Assembly (NCBI RefSeq): GCF_001194135.2
Contig: NC_068997.1
Location: 29,641,760 to 29,705,759 of the forward strand
DNA length: 64,000 bases
Direction of reading: 5' to 3'
Source: Octopus bimaculoides
Lineage: Eukaryota
Both the position numbers and the translations under genes were made by a program. The notes under the pieces were generated by a model. That model was not told the DNA's origin and did no database searches. It was given only the letters and a program-made list of their open reading frames with translations. Shown here piece by piece: positions 1 to 12,088 of this stretch (the first letter of the stretch is position 1; each line of letters begins with the position of its first letter).

Positions 1-505
1 ATTATGGAAGTGTCGTCGGTGTTATCTCAGAAAGCTGCAACTTCGGTAGGGTTTTTTTATCGTGGTTACTCAGTCTTTTTTTTTTTTGCAATACATTTTA
101 TTTATCGTGAGAAAACGTGTACGAAATACACAATTCAATTCTATTCAAATCGCTAAAGTAACAAATGGAATTAGTTTTCCGGAAAACGAAATCAAATACT
201 GTTTACATTCATACGCACATAGTAACGCAGTTTGTTTCTGATATCTATGGTCGTAGTAAGTCTGTGCACAATATATTCAACTACAAATCATATATGTAGA
301 AAGAAAGAAAAAAAGACACTATTTATTAAATTTTCTGTTAGTATGAGATCAAATTTGCTTCTGATTATGTAATGGAATTGGAGCTTGTTCAGGCCTACTC
401 GTTTTTACTTTGCATCTTTTTCGCTGTATATTTTGGGGAAGAATCAATTTTTGACATCGTTCAAATTAGACTCCAATTTTTTTTTCTTTCACTTTTTGTT
501 AAACA

Positions 506-540
<35 letters not shown>

Positions 541-553
541 TTAACTTTTTTAG

Positions 554-660
554 TGTTACACCAGCCTCGAATCTATAAGCCGAACTCTAATTTCAAACTA
601 GACTTCAGCACCCCACCACACTCAGCTCAAAACAGATATTGTTTTGAACTGAGTGGGCAG
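554..660 (+). CDS. Candidate internal exon of an unidentified gene ((V)LHQPRIYKPNSNFKLDFSTPPHSAQNRYCFELSGQ)
   Basis: (CT)n/poly-T tract and TTAG acceptor. Phase-compatible with a donor at 46 (..YGSVVGVISESCNF G|GTAGGG). Weak donor GTGCTA at 661. No family recognised. Confidence 0.3.
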
Positions 661-663
661 GTG

Positions 664-860
664 CTAGATTCCATTGTTCGAAAATATAAGGACACAGATC
701 GTGTTGTAAAGCCAGTTGGAGACGATGTCTCCTGGGGCTAAATTACGGCAACATTCGTCCTAAACCAGGACTGCCATGTTATGTTGGCAAACAATCTTTA
801 CTCCAAAGTACTGTTGCTGAATATCTCTCATTGTGAGATTTTAAAATAGTAATTTTCTAA
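664..860. repeat. Unclassified ~200-bp dispersed repeat (inverted copy at 41319-41512)
   Basis: Direct comparison shows colinear, high-identity reverse-complement similarity. Confidence 0.9.
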
Positions 861-894
861 TGAATTTTCATGTCTGGCCATGTTCTGAATCACA

Positions 895-1200
895 ATGTAT
901 CAACTCAGGTGTACCCCGAGGTTCAGTTTTGGATCCAATGCTTTTGCTTCTGCATATGAATGACCAACTTGTTACTTCTAACAGCCTTAACCTTCCACAC
1001 ACGGATATCACAAACATGCATCCTGAGAACATCAAACCAGCTTTTCATTGCTTACAACATGAAAGGAGAATTTGAAAGCATTGTTCAGTGGGTACACAAA
1101 ACCAAGAACACCAGGACTGTAGCTACACATTAACTGAACCCTATATAAACTGCAGATGTCTCTCCTGTCCCCACAATCATCAACAGCTCAGCCAACTGTG
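895..1200 (+). mobile_element. Decayed CR1/L2/Jockey-group LINE reverse-transcriptase fragment
   Basis: INSGVPRGSVLDPMLLLLHMND resembles the RT motif GVPQGSVLGPLLFxxYxND. Confidence 0.7.
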
Positions 1201-4200
1201 AAACTAAAGTAGACTATCAACTTAATTATATTTCCATATATGTGTGTGTGTATAGTATATATAACTGGCACTCCATCAGTCACAGCAATGAGGGTTCCAG
1301 TTGATCTAATCAACAGAACAGCCTGCTCATGAAATTAATGTGCAAGTGGCTGAGTACATTAATATCATTTTTTCCTAGATATTTTTCTTTCAGTATTTTG
1401 GTTTGCAATTAAGATGTGTTGTGGTGGTCCTTTTTTAGTTCTGTATAGTCCAGCATTTAATCATTTGGTGTAAGCTAACAGGGAAGGTAAAATTTAGGGG
1501 TACAATCTCACTTCATGGCACCTTGGGCAAGTTTTATGCTTTAGCCCTGGGTCAATCCAAAGCCTTGTCAGTGGATGGATCTGTTAGAGGGAAACTGAAA
1601 GAAGCCCACTATATATAATATAATATAAATTATACATATATGCATATATACAATAATATATGTAAATACCTACATATATGTATATATACATGCATGTATG
1701 GGTACAGAACGTTTGCGACGCGGAGTAGATAAAACAGGGGACAACTGATGAAGGGTTTTTTCCTTGATCCTTTCTCTCTTGCTTGGAAACCTCATTAGTG
1801 CCTGTGACACATACAAACTATAGTGGTTGGCATTAGGAGGGGCATCCAGCTGTAGAAACCTTGCCAAGTGTGACAGTGGAGCTTGATGCAACCTTGTAGC
1901 TCACTGGATCCTGTCAAACCGTCTAACGCACGCCAGCATAGAAAATGGACGTTAAATGATGATGGTGTGTGTGTTTTATTATATCGATTTCAAAGGACCT
2001 TATCTTGTTTACAACTTTCGCTTTTGCCTTTCGTTTCTGTATTTCCTCGCTGACATCACTTATATAGAAACTGGGAACATACTGTATGTATGTGTGTGTG
2101 ACGATGTGTATCAAAAATAAACAATTCCAAAAGAACTGAAGACGAGTCTACTACAACTTTGAAAATAAATAAAAAATCTATGCCAGTCGCCAAAGTAAAT
2201 GATAATAGATGCTGATTGACAAATTATATTCGATGCATTGCAAGGATTTGGTAGTGTTGTTAAACAGGACATCGGATTAAGGGAACAATGCTTCCCATGA
2301 GTTTTCACACGGTTCCCATCAAATTTCATTCGCAAGATGCTTTGCTAGAAAAAAAAATTTGCCTAGGTTGCCACGCAGTGAGATTGAACTGAGACCGCGT
2401 AGATAGTTGCAAGACGAACTTGTTGACCATTTTATGATGACGATCGCGTTGATGGTAGTTGAATTGGAGATGACATGAGATCATTCATAATAATGTATCT
2501 TAGGTTTTTCCATCCAAATAATCAATTCCCGTTACATTTCAACACGTCCTCAAATTTTTTAGTCGTCATTTTTGAGTCAAATAAATAACCGACAAGCAGT
2601 TCACCTCAAGAAGAAAAGTGGATCAGTCGGCGATGTTAAAACGTAAGTATACGTTTAGAAGAAGGGAAAAAAAAGAATAGAAGCAAATTGATGTGTAATT
2701 ATTTTCAAGAAGACCGGCCGGCCTTCTCTTATCTGGAGAATGATGACGTGATGGCCGGAAATAGACGGAGTTACACGAAGTAAACCACGCACAAATCCCC
2801 CTCCCCTCTTTCTCCTCCTAATGTAACATTGTAGGCGTTTTCCCTATCTTTTGTCTTAAGTTTAATGTGTGCTTGTAGAAGGAAGAATGCACCACATTGC
2901 AACGTTGTTCTGTATTTACTTTAAAAAATATTAGAAATGTTCAAAGATACTTTTGTCAAAATTTTTGCATTTGACATTTGTATTTTTAGATATGTTTTTA
3001 ATGTACATTTCACATGAAGCATGTGTTCTATAAGTGAGCAGTATATGAACAATAAAACATTCTTAACTGTCACTTAACTAACAGAACGCATGGTATTTGC
3101 GTGTACGTGTGTATGTATAAAACAATGTGATTCAGCTCTCAGCCTCATAGGGCTTATGGTGCATGAGATACACACAATACGTCATGTGTTTGGATATTTA
3201 TTTTCTCCCCCTTGTCTTCGAATATAAAACACGAGTGGAAGCGAAAAAGAAGAGATTGAGTGTGATGAGGAAAGGTGAAAGATAGAGAAAGACAGGAAGA
3301 ATGATGATTAGATGGAGTAAGATGTACTACATTTTCATGAAAAGATGTGCGTGTGTTTGTGGAAGTCGAAAGTTAGGAGAGGGAAAGTGAGAACTAGATT
3401 TAAACAGGGAGAGAGAGAAAGAACAGTTGAATTATACAGCAAAATTTTAGACATCACAGTATCTTTAGTCATCTCATTTTCTATTTCTATCTTTTTGAAA
3501 TGTATATTAGAAATTGAAAATCTCTGTTCCAGTATCTCTTTGGACAGGACCGTCTTAACAGTATTATAGTCTGACGAGGGGAATCAATAACTGGGCCCTA
3601 TAGTGTATATTTATTGACAGCAAACCACAACATACACGGATTAGAACTGGGACCCGAGACCTGTTAAGCACTTAGGCATCTGTACCCATCCCTTCAGACA
3701 ACCCTACCTTTGGATAGTTCTTTCAAGTGGATTAGTTCAAGTAACCAACCAGTTCTTTTTGAGATGTGATCGTTTAAAAGACACTAATTCTAAGAATGAA
3801 TATCACTTGACAAAATATCAGTTTTATGGGACACAGATTCACGTGTGTGTGTGTGTGTATGTCTTAGTTCTTCCAGCTTACCATGATGCTATTGAATAAT
3901 GGTGTCATGGAGTTTGCTATTAATACAATGTTATTTACTTGTTTATATTTTATTATGTGTTGTTTCCTTCGATACAAGGCCTTGAAAATAAGAGGAAGAC
4001 AATACGAGGAAAGCAATAAATCAATATGAACTTGTGCAGCTTCCTCTCAGTCATCTTGTATCCATCAAATCAATCAAAACAAAAGTCTTCAGAAAATTTT
4101 AAAAATCAATGCCACAAAGTTTGTCATGTTCATAAGTCTCTGTGCAATTCAGTCTTTAAATGTCTCCCTGGACCCTTTTTATCAGCAGGATCTCCATGCT

Positions 4201-4788
4201 ATATTCATTTTCAAATGTGAAATACTGTCAGCAACACTGTAGGCCTCTAAACATTAATGTTTAGCAGTGTAGAGAAGCCATTCTCCTTCAGTTGTTGTTA
4301 TGTACCTATGCTGAACAACATATGTAAACTGGAAGCGTTTAGTCAGCTGAAGATTGTGCAAAGAGGATTTTGTAGTGACCTTGTATTGTCCATCCCCAGG
4401 TTTAAATTCAGCCTAACGAATTACTGTGTTGTACAATGCATGAACGAATCAAAAACACTCCAGCATCATTTCTGCAATTGTTCACCATTCAGAAATCCTT
4501 AATGAATAAAATAGTTCATTTTGGTCAGCACTTTTTAATTCTACTAAAGGTTGCAGGTCTTGTTGATGGGAATATTGCAACATGGCTCAAATTTTGCAAA
4601 CAGTTGAAGATAGTTTATTGGTCACTACAGTCACTTACTGCATTATTTTTTCCAGTGGAATATATGGTTGAATGTATCTGATTACTTTTGTAGAGAAAAT
4701 GAGGAGAATGCTTTTGTTATATGTAAAAGCTTCTTATACTTCATTTTGTATTAATTTTCCTTTATTGAATTACTCTAAAGAAAGAAAC

Positions 4789-4940
4789 TGTACATTATTT
4801 ACATTTGATGGATATTTGTCCTCATCTTGTTTGTTAACACAACGTTTCAGCTGATATATCCTTCAGCCTTCATCAGGTGTCTTGGGGAAATTTTGAACCT
4901 GGGTTTTCATTACTAAGGTATTTTGCGATGTTGTTGTTGC

Positions 4941-4985
<45 letters not shown>

Positions 4986-5070
4986 TATTATTATTCAGGT
5001 CACTGCCTGGAATCAAACTCGGAATCTTGGGATTAGTAGCCCGTGCTCTTGACCGCTATGCCATATGCCC
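4789..5070 (-). mobile_element. tRNA-headed SINE-like element with (TAA)n linker and hammerhead-bearing tail (left copy of head-to-head pair)
   Basis: Reverse complement of 5073-5306. A-box/B-box head, microsatellite, CTGATGA...GAAACGTT motif. Confidence 0.8.
4836..4881 (-). ncRNA. Minimal (dimer-dependent) hammerhead ribozyme motif, GUU triplet
   Basis: Minus strand GACAC-CTGATGA-A-GGCTGA(AGGATATA)TCAGCT-GAAA-CG-TT-GTGTT. Stem I GACAC/GTGTT, stem II, loop-less palindromic AACGTT stem III. Confidence 0.55.
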
Positions 5071-5072
5071 GT

Positions 5073-5336
5073 GGGCATATGGCGTAGTGGTTAAGAGTGC
5101 AGGCTACTAACCCCAAGATTCCGAGTTTGATTCCAGGCAGTGACCTGAATAATAATAATAATATCGAGAAATACCTTAGAAATGAGAATCCAGGTTCAAA
5201 ATTTCCCCAAGACACCTGATGAAGGCTGGAGGGTATATCAGCTGAAAGGCTGTGTTAACAACAAACAAGATGAGGACAAATATCCGTCAAATGTAAATAA
5301 TATACATAATTCCTCATCTGTTAAATATAGAACTGT
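5073..5336 (+). mobile_element. tRNA-headed SINE-like element (right copy of head-to-head pair)
   Basis: Head GGGCATATGGCGTAGTGGTTAAGAG...GAGTTTGATTCC has A-box TGGCGTAGTGG and a B-box-like motif. Only 2 nt (GT, 5071-5072) separate it from the inverted copy. Confidence 0.8.
5211..5256 (+). ncRNA. Degenerate copy of the same hammerhead motif (stem III/cleavage site mutated)
   Basis: GACAC-CTGATGA-AGGCTG...CAGCT-GAAA-GGCT-GTGTT; no NUH triplet. Confidence 0.4.
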
Positions 5337-6399
5337 AGAAAGAAACTGTTCTCATGGGCTTTGCTGGTTGCCATGTGCTGGAAATATAATTACTGGATGA
5401 TTTTTCTGAAAACAGCAAAAGCCTTTCCCAACTGGTTTGAGTTTTTGGTAATTTTTCTAATTAAGTTTACCATCCAACAGATGTCCACATAATTTTATCC
5501 TCTCTAATTCAGTCAGAAACATTGAGACATACTTAGAGTAGTGGTTAAGGTGTCGAACTCATGATCATAAGATTGTGGTTTCAATTCATGGAAACATTGT
5601 GTTCTTGAGTAAAACACTTCATTTCACATTGCTCCAGTCCACTCAGCTGACAGAAATGAGTAATTGTGTGATGGACTGGTGTCCCATCCAGGGGGAATAT
5701 ATGCATCACAGAAACTGGGAAACTGGGCCTATGGGTCTATATTGACTCGGGAAGGATCTTTATCCTATCTTTGTCGCATAGAAACACTTCCCCCATAATG
5801 CTGCACAGTATTTTGAACTCTGAACACTGTAATTACAAAGCAAATTTCTTAACTGCCTTGCTATACTTGTGCCCAGATTTACTGATGTCATCACTGTGAC
5901 ACTGCATGCCTTGAATATTTTCTGGGTGCACAGGAGACAAATTGGCAAAACTGAGGCTGGAGACACTCCTACCTATTGTATGCCTTTTTCTTGGTTGACT
6001 TTACTCAACACCTAATTAATGGCCTAAATTAAAAACAAACAATCTCATTCATTGCAATTAATCAATGAAAAGAAACCCAATGAGTAGTCAAAGATAAACA
6101 AAAGAGAGCAGAGAGAGAGAGTGAAAGAAAGGTGGGGAGAGGATGCCAGTGGCGGAGGGAATTTGAGATGGAATATAATTGTTGATTGCAAAACAGGATG
6201 GAAGAGTTAAGTGGCAAGCAAGCTTAAATTTGTGCATGTGAGTATGTATGTGTGTGCATGTGCATGTGTGTGTGTGCACACGCGCACGTGTGTGCATATG
6301 TGTGTGTACTATTTACATTGAATGTCTTTATGAAAGTTGTATTGTACAGTAGAAGCATTGAACTCCAGCTGTCTACATCGGTGGCAGAGCAGGAGGAGT

Positions 6400-6780
6400 T
6401 TATGGTAGCAAAAGTCAGTGTCATCTGATGCTATGAAATTTGGTGGATTCTGTTGTTCTGCAGCCAAGCCAAGAATGTTGCCAGGAAGGAAATGGAATGT
6501 GGAAAAAGCTGTTGAGATGACAGAGAGTAGACTGGGAATGAAAGAGGTGATTGGCGCAGTGCAGAACAAACAAGCAAAACTTGGACAGACATGGAACAAG
6601 TGGAAATCTCACCAGATTAATGAAGGCAGGTGAAATAAATTCAGTAAAGAAATTCAGCATGTTGAAGAAGAGAAGTGTTCAACAAAGGTACATGGATAGC
6701 ATGGGAGAAAGATATACAAATAAAGCTATTAGGGAACATATTCAGGAGAATGGAATTACCCTGACTGAGATTCTTTGATG
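6400..6780 (+). mobile_element. Decayed non-LTR retrotransposon C-terminal fragment (HERO/R2-group-like)
   Basis: GRKWNVEKAVEMTESRL..EVIGAVQNKQAKLG resembles the GRKWxAxxAVxxAExRL..GxV..GRxGLG segment of RLE-type LINEs; frameshifted. Confidence 0.5.
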
Positions 6781-7715
6781 TGCTTCAATCCAAAGGTAAT
6801 ATCAAATAATGGGGCTTAAGGACACTAACGTAACTAGTGTGCGCCACCCAGAACGGGTCTTCCATTTGCTGCCACTAGACCCCACAATAAGTACATATTG
6901 CCTACAGCAGACCCACCACCCCCTCCCCTAGCTATGCTGGTGCTTAAGGTGGTAAATCGTTACCACACCAAGCAAAATGCTTGGCGGCCTTTCATCCGTC
7001 TTCACATTCTGAGTTCAAACTCCATCCTGGTTGACCTTGCCCTTCATTCTTTCAGGGTTGATAAAATAAATACCAGTCATGTCCTGGGGTCTATGTAATT
7101 GACTTACTCCCTTCCCCTGAAATTGCTGGCCTTGTGCCAAAATTTGAAACCAGTATTAGATGGTAGGGTTAGAATGTCACAGCTGAATATCATTGGTGCA
7201 GTGATTATGCATCCTTGGAGAATGTCCTGGCAGAATGTAAGTTAACCCTTGTGGAGTATTCTTGGTGGCATAACCATTTCTCAGATGTCCTTGCTCATGC
7301 ACTAAAACAACAAAACAACAACATGAATGCAAAGTTATGAAAACACAAAACCATACCCTGTTGTCTTCCACAAGGACAGTCAGAACGGACAACATAGGGG
7401 TGTAAACTAGGGGTGGGGAAACTTTTTGGTGCAATGCGTAAAATTTCCAAAGAAAAAGGTCCATGGGTGGGTCACAAGTTCTAACTGTTACATTCCGTTT
7501 TACTCTTTTAGACATACATATATATTGTATAAATTTTATAATTGAAAATTTACTATATTTTGTCCATACGAGTACATCAGACTGCGGGCACAATAAAATG
7601 GGCTCGCGGGTAGGGTTTCTTTCAAGCCTATGCATGTTCTTGGCTATCACAGTCCATGTTTCACACCCATGTAGAATAGCTTATTGTTCTAATCTCTAAT
7701 AATATTTCTAATGTT

Positions 7716-7935
7716 AAAGGCGGCGAGCTGGCAGAAACGTTAACACGGTGGGCGAAATGCTTAGCAGTATTTTGTCTGTCATTACATTCTGAGTTCAAAT
7801 TCTGCCACGGTTGACTTTGCCTTTCATCCTTTCGGGGTCGATAAATTAAGTACCAGTTGCATACTGGGGTCGATCTAACTGACTGGCCCCTTCACCCAAA
7901 ATTTCAGACCTTGTGCCTTGAGTAGAAAAGAATAT
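7716..7935 (+). mobile_element. tRNA-derived SINE family 2 (Nin-domain-like middle)
   Basis: AAGGCGGCGAGCTGGCAGAA...GAGTTCAAATTC...TTGCCTTTCATCCTTTCGGGGTCGATAAATTAAGTACCAG. Other copies at about 6945-7160, 9290-9515, 14335-14490 (+) and 7970-8135, 8305-8370, 25165-25265 (-). Confidence 0.85.
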
Positions 7936-9154
7936 TTCTAATGTTAATTCCGTTCTATTAATTTACCCATATTGGTTTCAGATTTTAACACAAGGCCAGC
8001 AAATTTAGGAGAGCAGTGGCTATTCGATTACTATGGCCCCCAGTACTCCTCTGGTACTTATTTTATTGATCCTGGAAGGATGAAAAGCAGACTCAATCTC
8101 AGCAAAATTTGAACTCTAAATGTAAAGATGAATAACAGTCTGTTTGTGGATAGTTTCAGTTACATAGCAGTTTGTCTATGAAAAGAGGGTTGCTGGCATC
8201 TCTTTCGATTCTTCTCCATTTCCGGACAAAGAGAAGTTGAGTAGTCTCCCATGATCCTTATCATGCTACATCTTAGACGATTGTGAGAAATAGAAGAATC
8301 AACTCCAGTATTGGAATGGTACTTTATTTATCGACTCTGAAAGGATGAAGGGAAAAGTTAATCTCGTTTCAACAATACTTTAAGTCATTGTATCCTTTGT
8401 TCTGGCGATTCTGCCAATTTGGTGCCTTGAAAAAGGATATCAATTCGTAGAAGGAATACACAGTCCATGTCGACCCAGTACCATTCTTGGTTTTCAAATT
8501 ATCGACCCAACTTTCAATGAAACAAAATGTCACATAATTTAACTTCTCTTCTCTGCGTTGTAAGTTCAAAATATCGCCGATATCGACCTTATTTGTCACT
8601 TCTCCGGGATTGTTGAAATAGGGACCTTACCAAGTTCGTTAAAACAGACAAATTACAAACTCTGAGGTCTTGTTTTAAATGCGAAGGAAAAAATATTTTG
8701 GTTGTCGATCTGTTGTTCGACTTCTATCCTTTCCCCCAAGTATCTTGCCCTTAATATCGATCTCACTTTCTCTCTCTATGTGAATGTGTGTGTATAAACA
8801 CACACATACACATATATTTATACATGTATATGCACACGCACACACACACACACACACGTGTGTGTGTGTGTGTGCGAAACCGAGCTTGTCATTCATCCAG
8901 TGTAGATTGCGCGCGCGTTTCAGGGCGTCGTCTGTGAGTAGGGGAAGGGAGTGAAAGAGGCGAGAACTGTTTTGTGCCAACCTTGGTGCTGCAGCAGATG
9001 TTTGATCTATATGGAGAAGGATTGTTGACAAAGGAGTAGAAGCAAACATATTTTAAGGCACCCGATATTTATCCCCATCAACCGACGAAATCTCTAACAC
9101 ATTCAAAATCACACCCACACGCACGCATCACATGTCTGAGTGTGTGTGCGTGTG

Positions 9155-9218
<64 letters not shown>

Positions 9219-9289
9219 AGAGAGAGAGATACACATCCATCCATCCATCCATCCATCCACCCATTCACCCATCCATTATAAGAAGAGAT

Positions 9290-9515
9290 TAAGGCGGTGA
9301 CCTGGCAGAGTCGTTAGCACGCTGGAAAAAATGCTTAGCGGTATTTTGCCCGTCTCTACGTTCTGAGTTCAAATTCCACCGAAGTCGACTTTGCCTTTCG
9401 TCCTTTCGGGGGGGGGGTCGATAAATTAAGTCCCAGTGAAACACTGGGGTCGATATAATCGACTTGTTCCCTCCTCACCATTTCAGGCCTTGTGTCTATA
9501 GTAGAAACGATTATA
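9290..9515 (+). mobile_element. SINE family 2 copy
   Basis: Colinear with 7716-7935. Confidence 0.85.
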
Positions 9516-11364
9516 AGAATAGATTTGCTTCAGTTGTTCTTAACATGTGTATATATATGATCACGAACATACATGTATAAGGATATACACGTGTCCCGCA
9601 CATTTTTTATAGGTGTGTGTGCACACACACATCTGATTCGATCCTTATTCTTCATTCCTAGAACACATAAGTGTACGTGCACACACACACACACACACAT
9701 ATTTAAGTAGATACACCTACACCCACACTCACACACTCAGCTCTAAGCATACACATAAATATCCCCTCACTGTTAGGTACGCACTCGTTAACCGTACCTG
9801 CTCGATTGGATTTTGTCCCAACGTTTAATCTTACTCACACATTTATTTACCTTCTCTCTCCTGTCTCTTCCTCCTCCTGTCTCACAATATTTCAATCTGT
9901 ATCTATCTCACTCTTTGAGAAACTTTTTCCTTTCTCGCTTCTTTTATCTCGCACACACACACACACACATTCTTTGTCTCCGTTTTCTCCTACTATTAAA
10001 CAAAGAATGGGGACTACAAAAGTAAAACTACAACAATCGGCTACTCGTTTGTAGTTGTAACCTACTTGTAAATCTCATTCACATATTTTATCTCTCTCAA
10101 ACCCCGCTCACAAATCTATCTCACACACGCGTATATATATACTGGGAAAGATACGTGTATGTGTATATACATAAATGTATTGATACACACATATATCCAC
10201 GTATAAAACATAAAATGTGTATGCGTGTGTCCTGGGGAGCAGGCTTGTGAGCATTAAGATACTGAGAATAGATGACAAAGACGAAAAAGGGGAAATGAGA
10301 GAAATGAAGGGGATACAAGTAGTAATAATAGTAGTAACAGCAGTAGCAATAATACTGGTGGTGGTGGTGGTAGCAATAGTAATAGTAGTCGTAACAGCAA
10401 TAGTAGTAAAGTGGTGGTAGTGGCGGCGGTGGGAAAAAGAGGAAAGAAAGCAGAAAATGGTTCAAGTGGAAAGATGATTTGCTGACTTTCTCTTCCTCCA
10501 GTTTTTCTTTATTTAGTTAAAACGTCGTCAGAGAGAAGTCAAAGGGAATACCCTCACCTTGCCGAGAAGCGAGGAAACACACATTACACACACACTCTCT
10601 CTCTCTCTGAAATATACATCTCACAACACATGCATCTACAGTTTCTTCCCACATCTTTTGTTTCTTTTTCCTCTTCTTCTTTTTTCGTCATCGTTGCCGT
10701 CGATGTCTGTGTGTGCGTGTGTATGTGCATGTGTAACTGTGTTTGTGTATATGCGTGTATGAGTATGTGTGCGTATAAGTGAGTGTGAATATGTACCCTC
10801 GTCTTTTCCAGTACAGCCCTGACCCGCAACTCTTTCTGTCGTCGTAATCATTGTCGCTTATACTAGAAATATTTTTCTCTTTTTTTTTGTTTTGGAGTTC
10901 AAACCACGCCAGAATTATTTTCTCTTAGATCGCATTTGTAATCTGCTCCTCTCTACTTCAAATGTGTGGCATTGATTGATCCACAGTAGGAAATCACCAC
11001 CACTACCGTCGTCATCATCATCATCGCCATCTCCATAATCATTGTCATAGTCATCGTCTTCATCATCATCATCACTATCATCATCATCATCGTCGTCGTC
11101 GTCTATCTTGTGCCCCATTCACAAAATTTAATAAGTTTGAGAATTCTAGCCTATCATACAAGGCTCTTTGTTGGAATCAAAACGAGCCTCAGTTCTGGCG
11201 AAAGATTCTGTCTTGAAACAAACAGTAATTTTACCACATTTAAACCGATTTGGAGAAGTTTTATTCACAGTTTAGTTACCATGATTAATCCATCATGGTT
11301 TCCTTGCATTTTAGTTGGTTCACAGCAGGTCAGCTTCCATCAAGTAGATCCACGATCAGAGACA

Positions 11365-11483
11365 NNNNNNNNNNNNNNNNNNNNNNNNNNNNNNNNNNNN
11401 NNNNNNNNNNNNNNNNNNNNNNNNNNNNNNNNNNNNNNNNNNNNNNNNNNNNNNNNNNNNNNNNNNNNNNNNNNNNNNNNNNN
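11365..11483. other. Assembly gap
   Basis: N run. Confidence 1.
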
Positions 11484-11837
11484 CCAATATGTACCTTTAT
11501 CTTTTTTTTTAAAAAAAAAGACAGGTGTGATTTGAAGTATTTACCAACTATTTCTAGCAGGTCTAGTAACCACGTACAGGCTCCGCCACCGCTGACTCGT
11601 TCGGCTTGTGTTTTTCTTTGCTTACTCACTTCACCTACCGCCGCCGCCGCCACCACCACCACCACCACCGACAGCTCTATCATTACCACCACCAACAACA
11701 ACAATACCACCACCGACATCTCTATCACTAGCACCACCACCATCACCACACCCATCGACTGTCGCAGTTGATTATAATTTCTCACATAAACTTAATCTGG
11801 TTAAAACCGCCTGAGATTTTATCCTGTCTTTCTCTCA

Positions 11838-11870
<33 letters not shown>

Positions 11871-12052
11871 TCGCACACTGGAAGGGTGTAGATGAGAAGC
11901 GAACGATGTGAGAGTCTGCTTTCGTTTCCTACCTGACTTTCACTATTCTTTAAACTTTACTTTTGCTCATAAAACTTTATTCTTCGTCGCTAAAAAAGAC
12001 ATTAGCGATCTATCTATCTATCTACCTCTGTCTATCTATCTATCTACCTCTG

Positions 12053-12088
<36 letters not shown>

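Noticed and set aside
1745-1800. CTGATGA followed by a small hairpin (AGGG-TTTTTT-CCTT)
   Set aside because: The next bases are GATC rather than GAAA and no stem I partner is visible, so it is not supportable as a hammerhead.
5073-5145. Possible tRNA gene
   Set aside because: Continues into a microsatellite and repeat body and is multi-copy; no clean cloverleaf or terminator, so it is a SINE head.
4877-5215. Mirror-image ORFs MSWGNFEPG... on both strands, one with poly-Leu
   Set aside because: By-product of the inverted SINE pair and its (TTA)n tract; starts at GTG.
10121-11118. Poly-Tyr/Cys, poly-Asp and His/Thr-rich ORFs
   Set aside because: Translations of microsatellites, with no splice or homology support.
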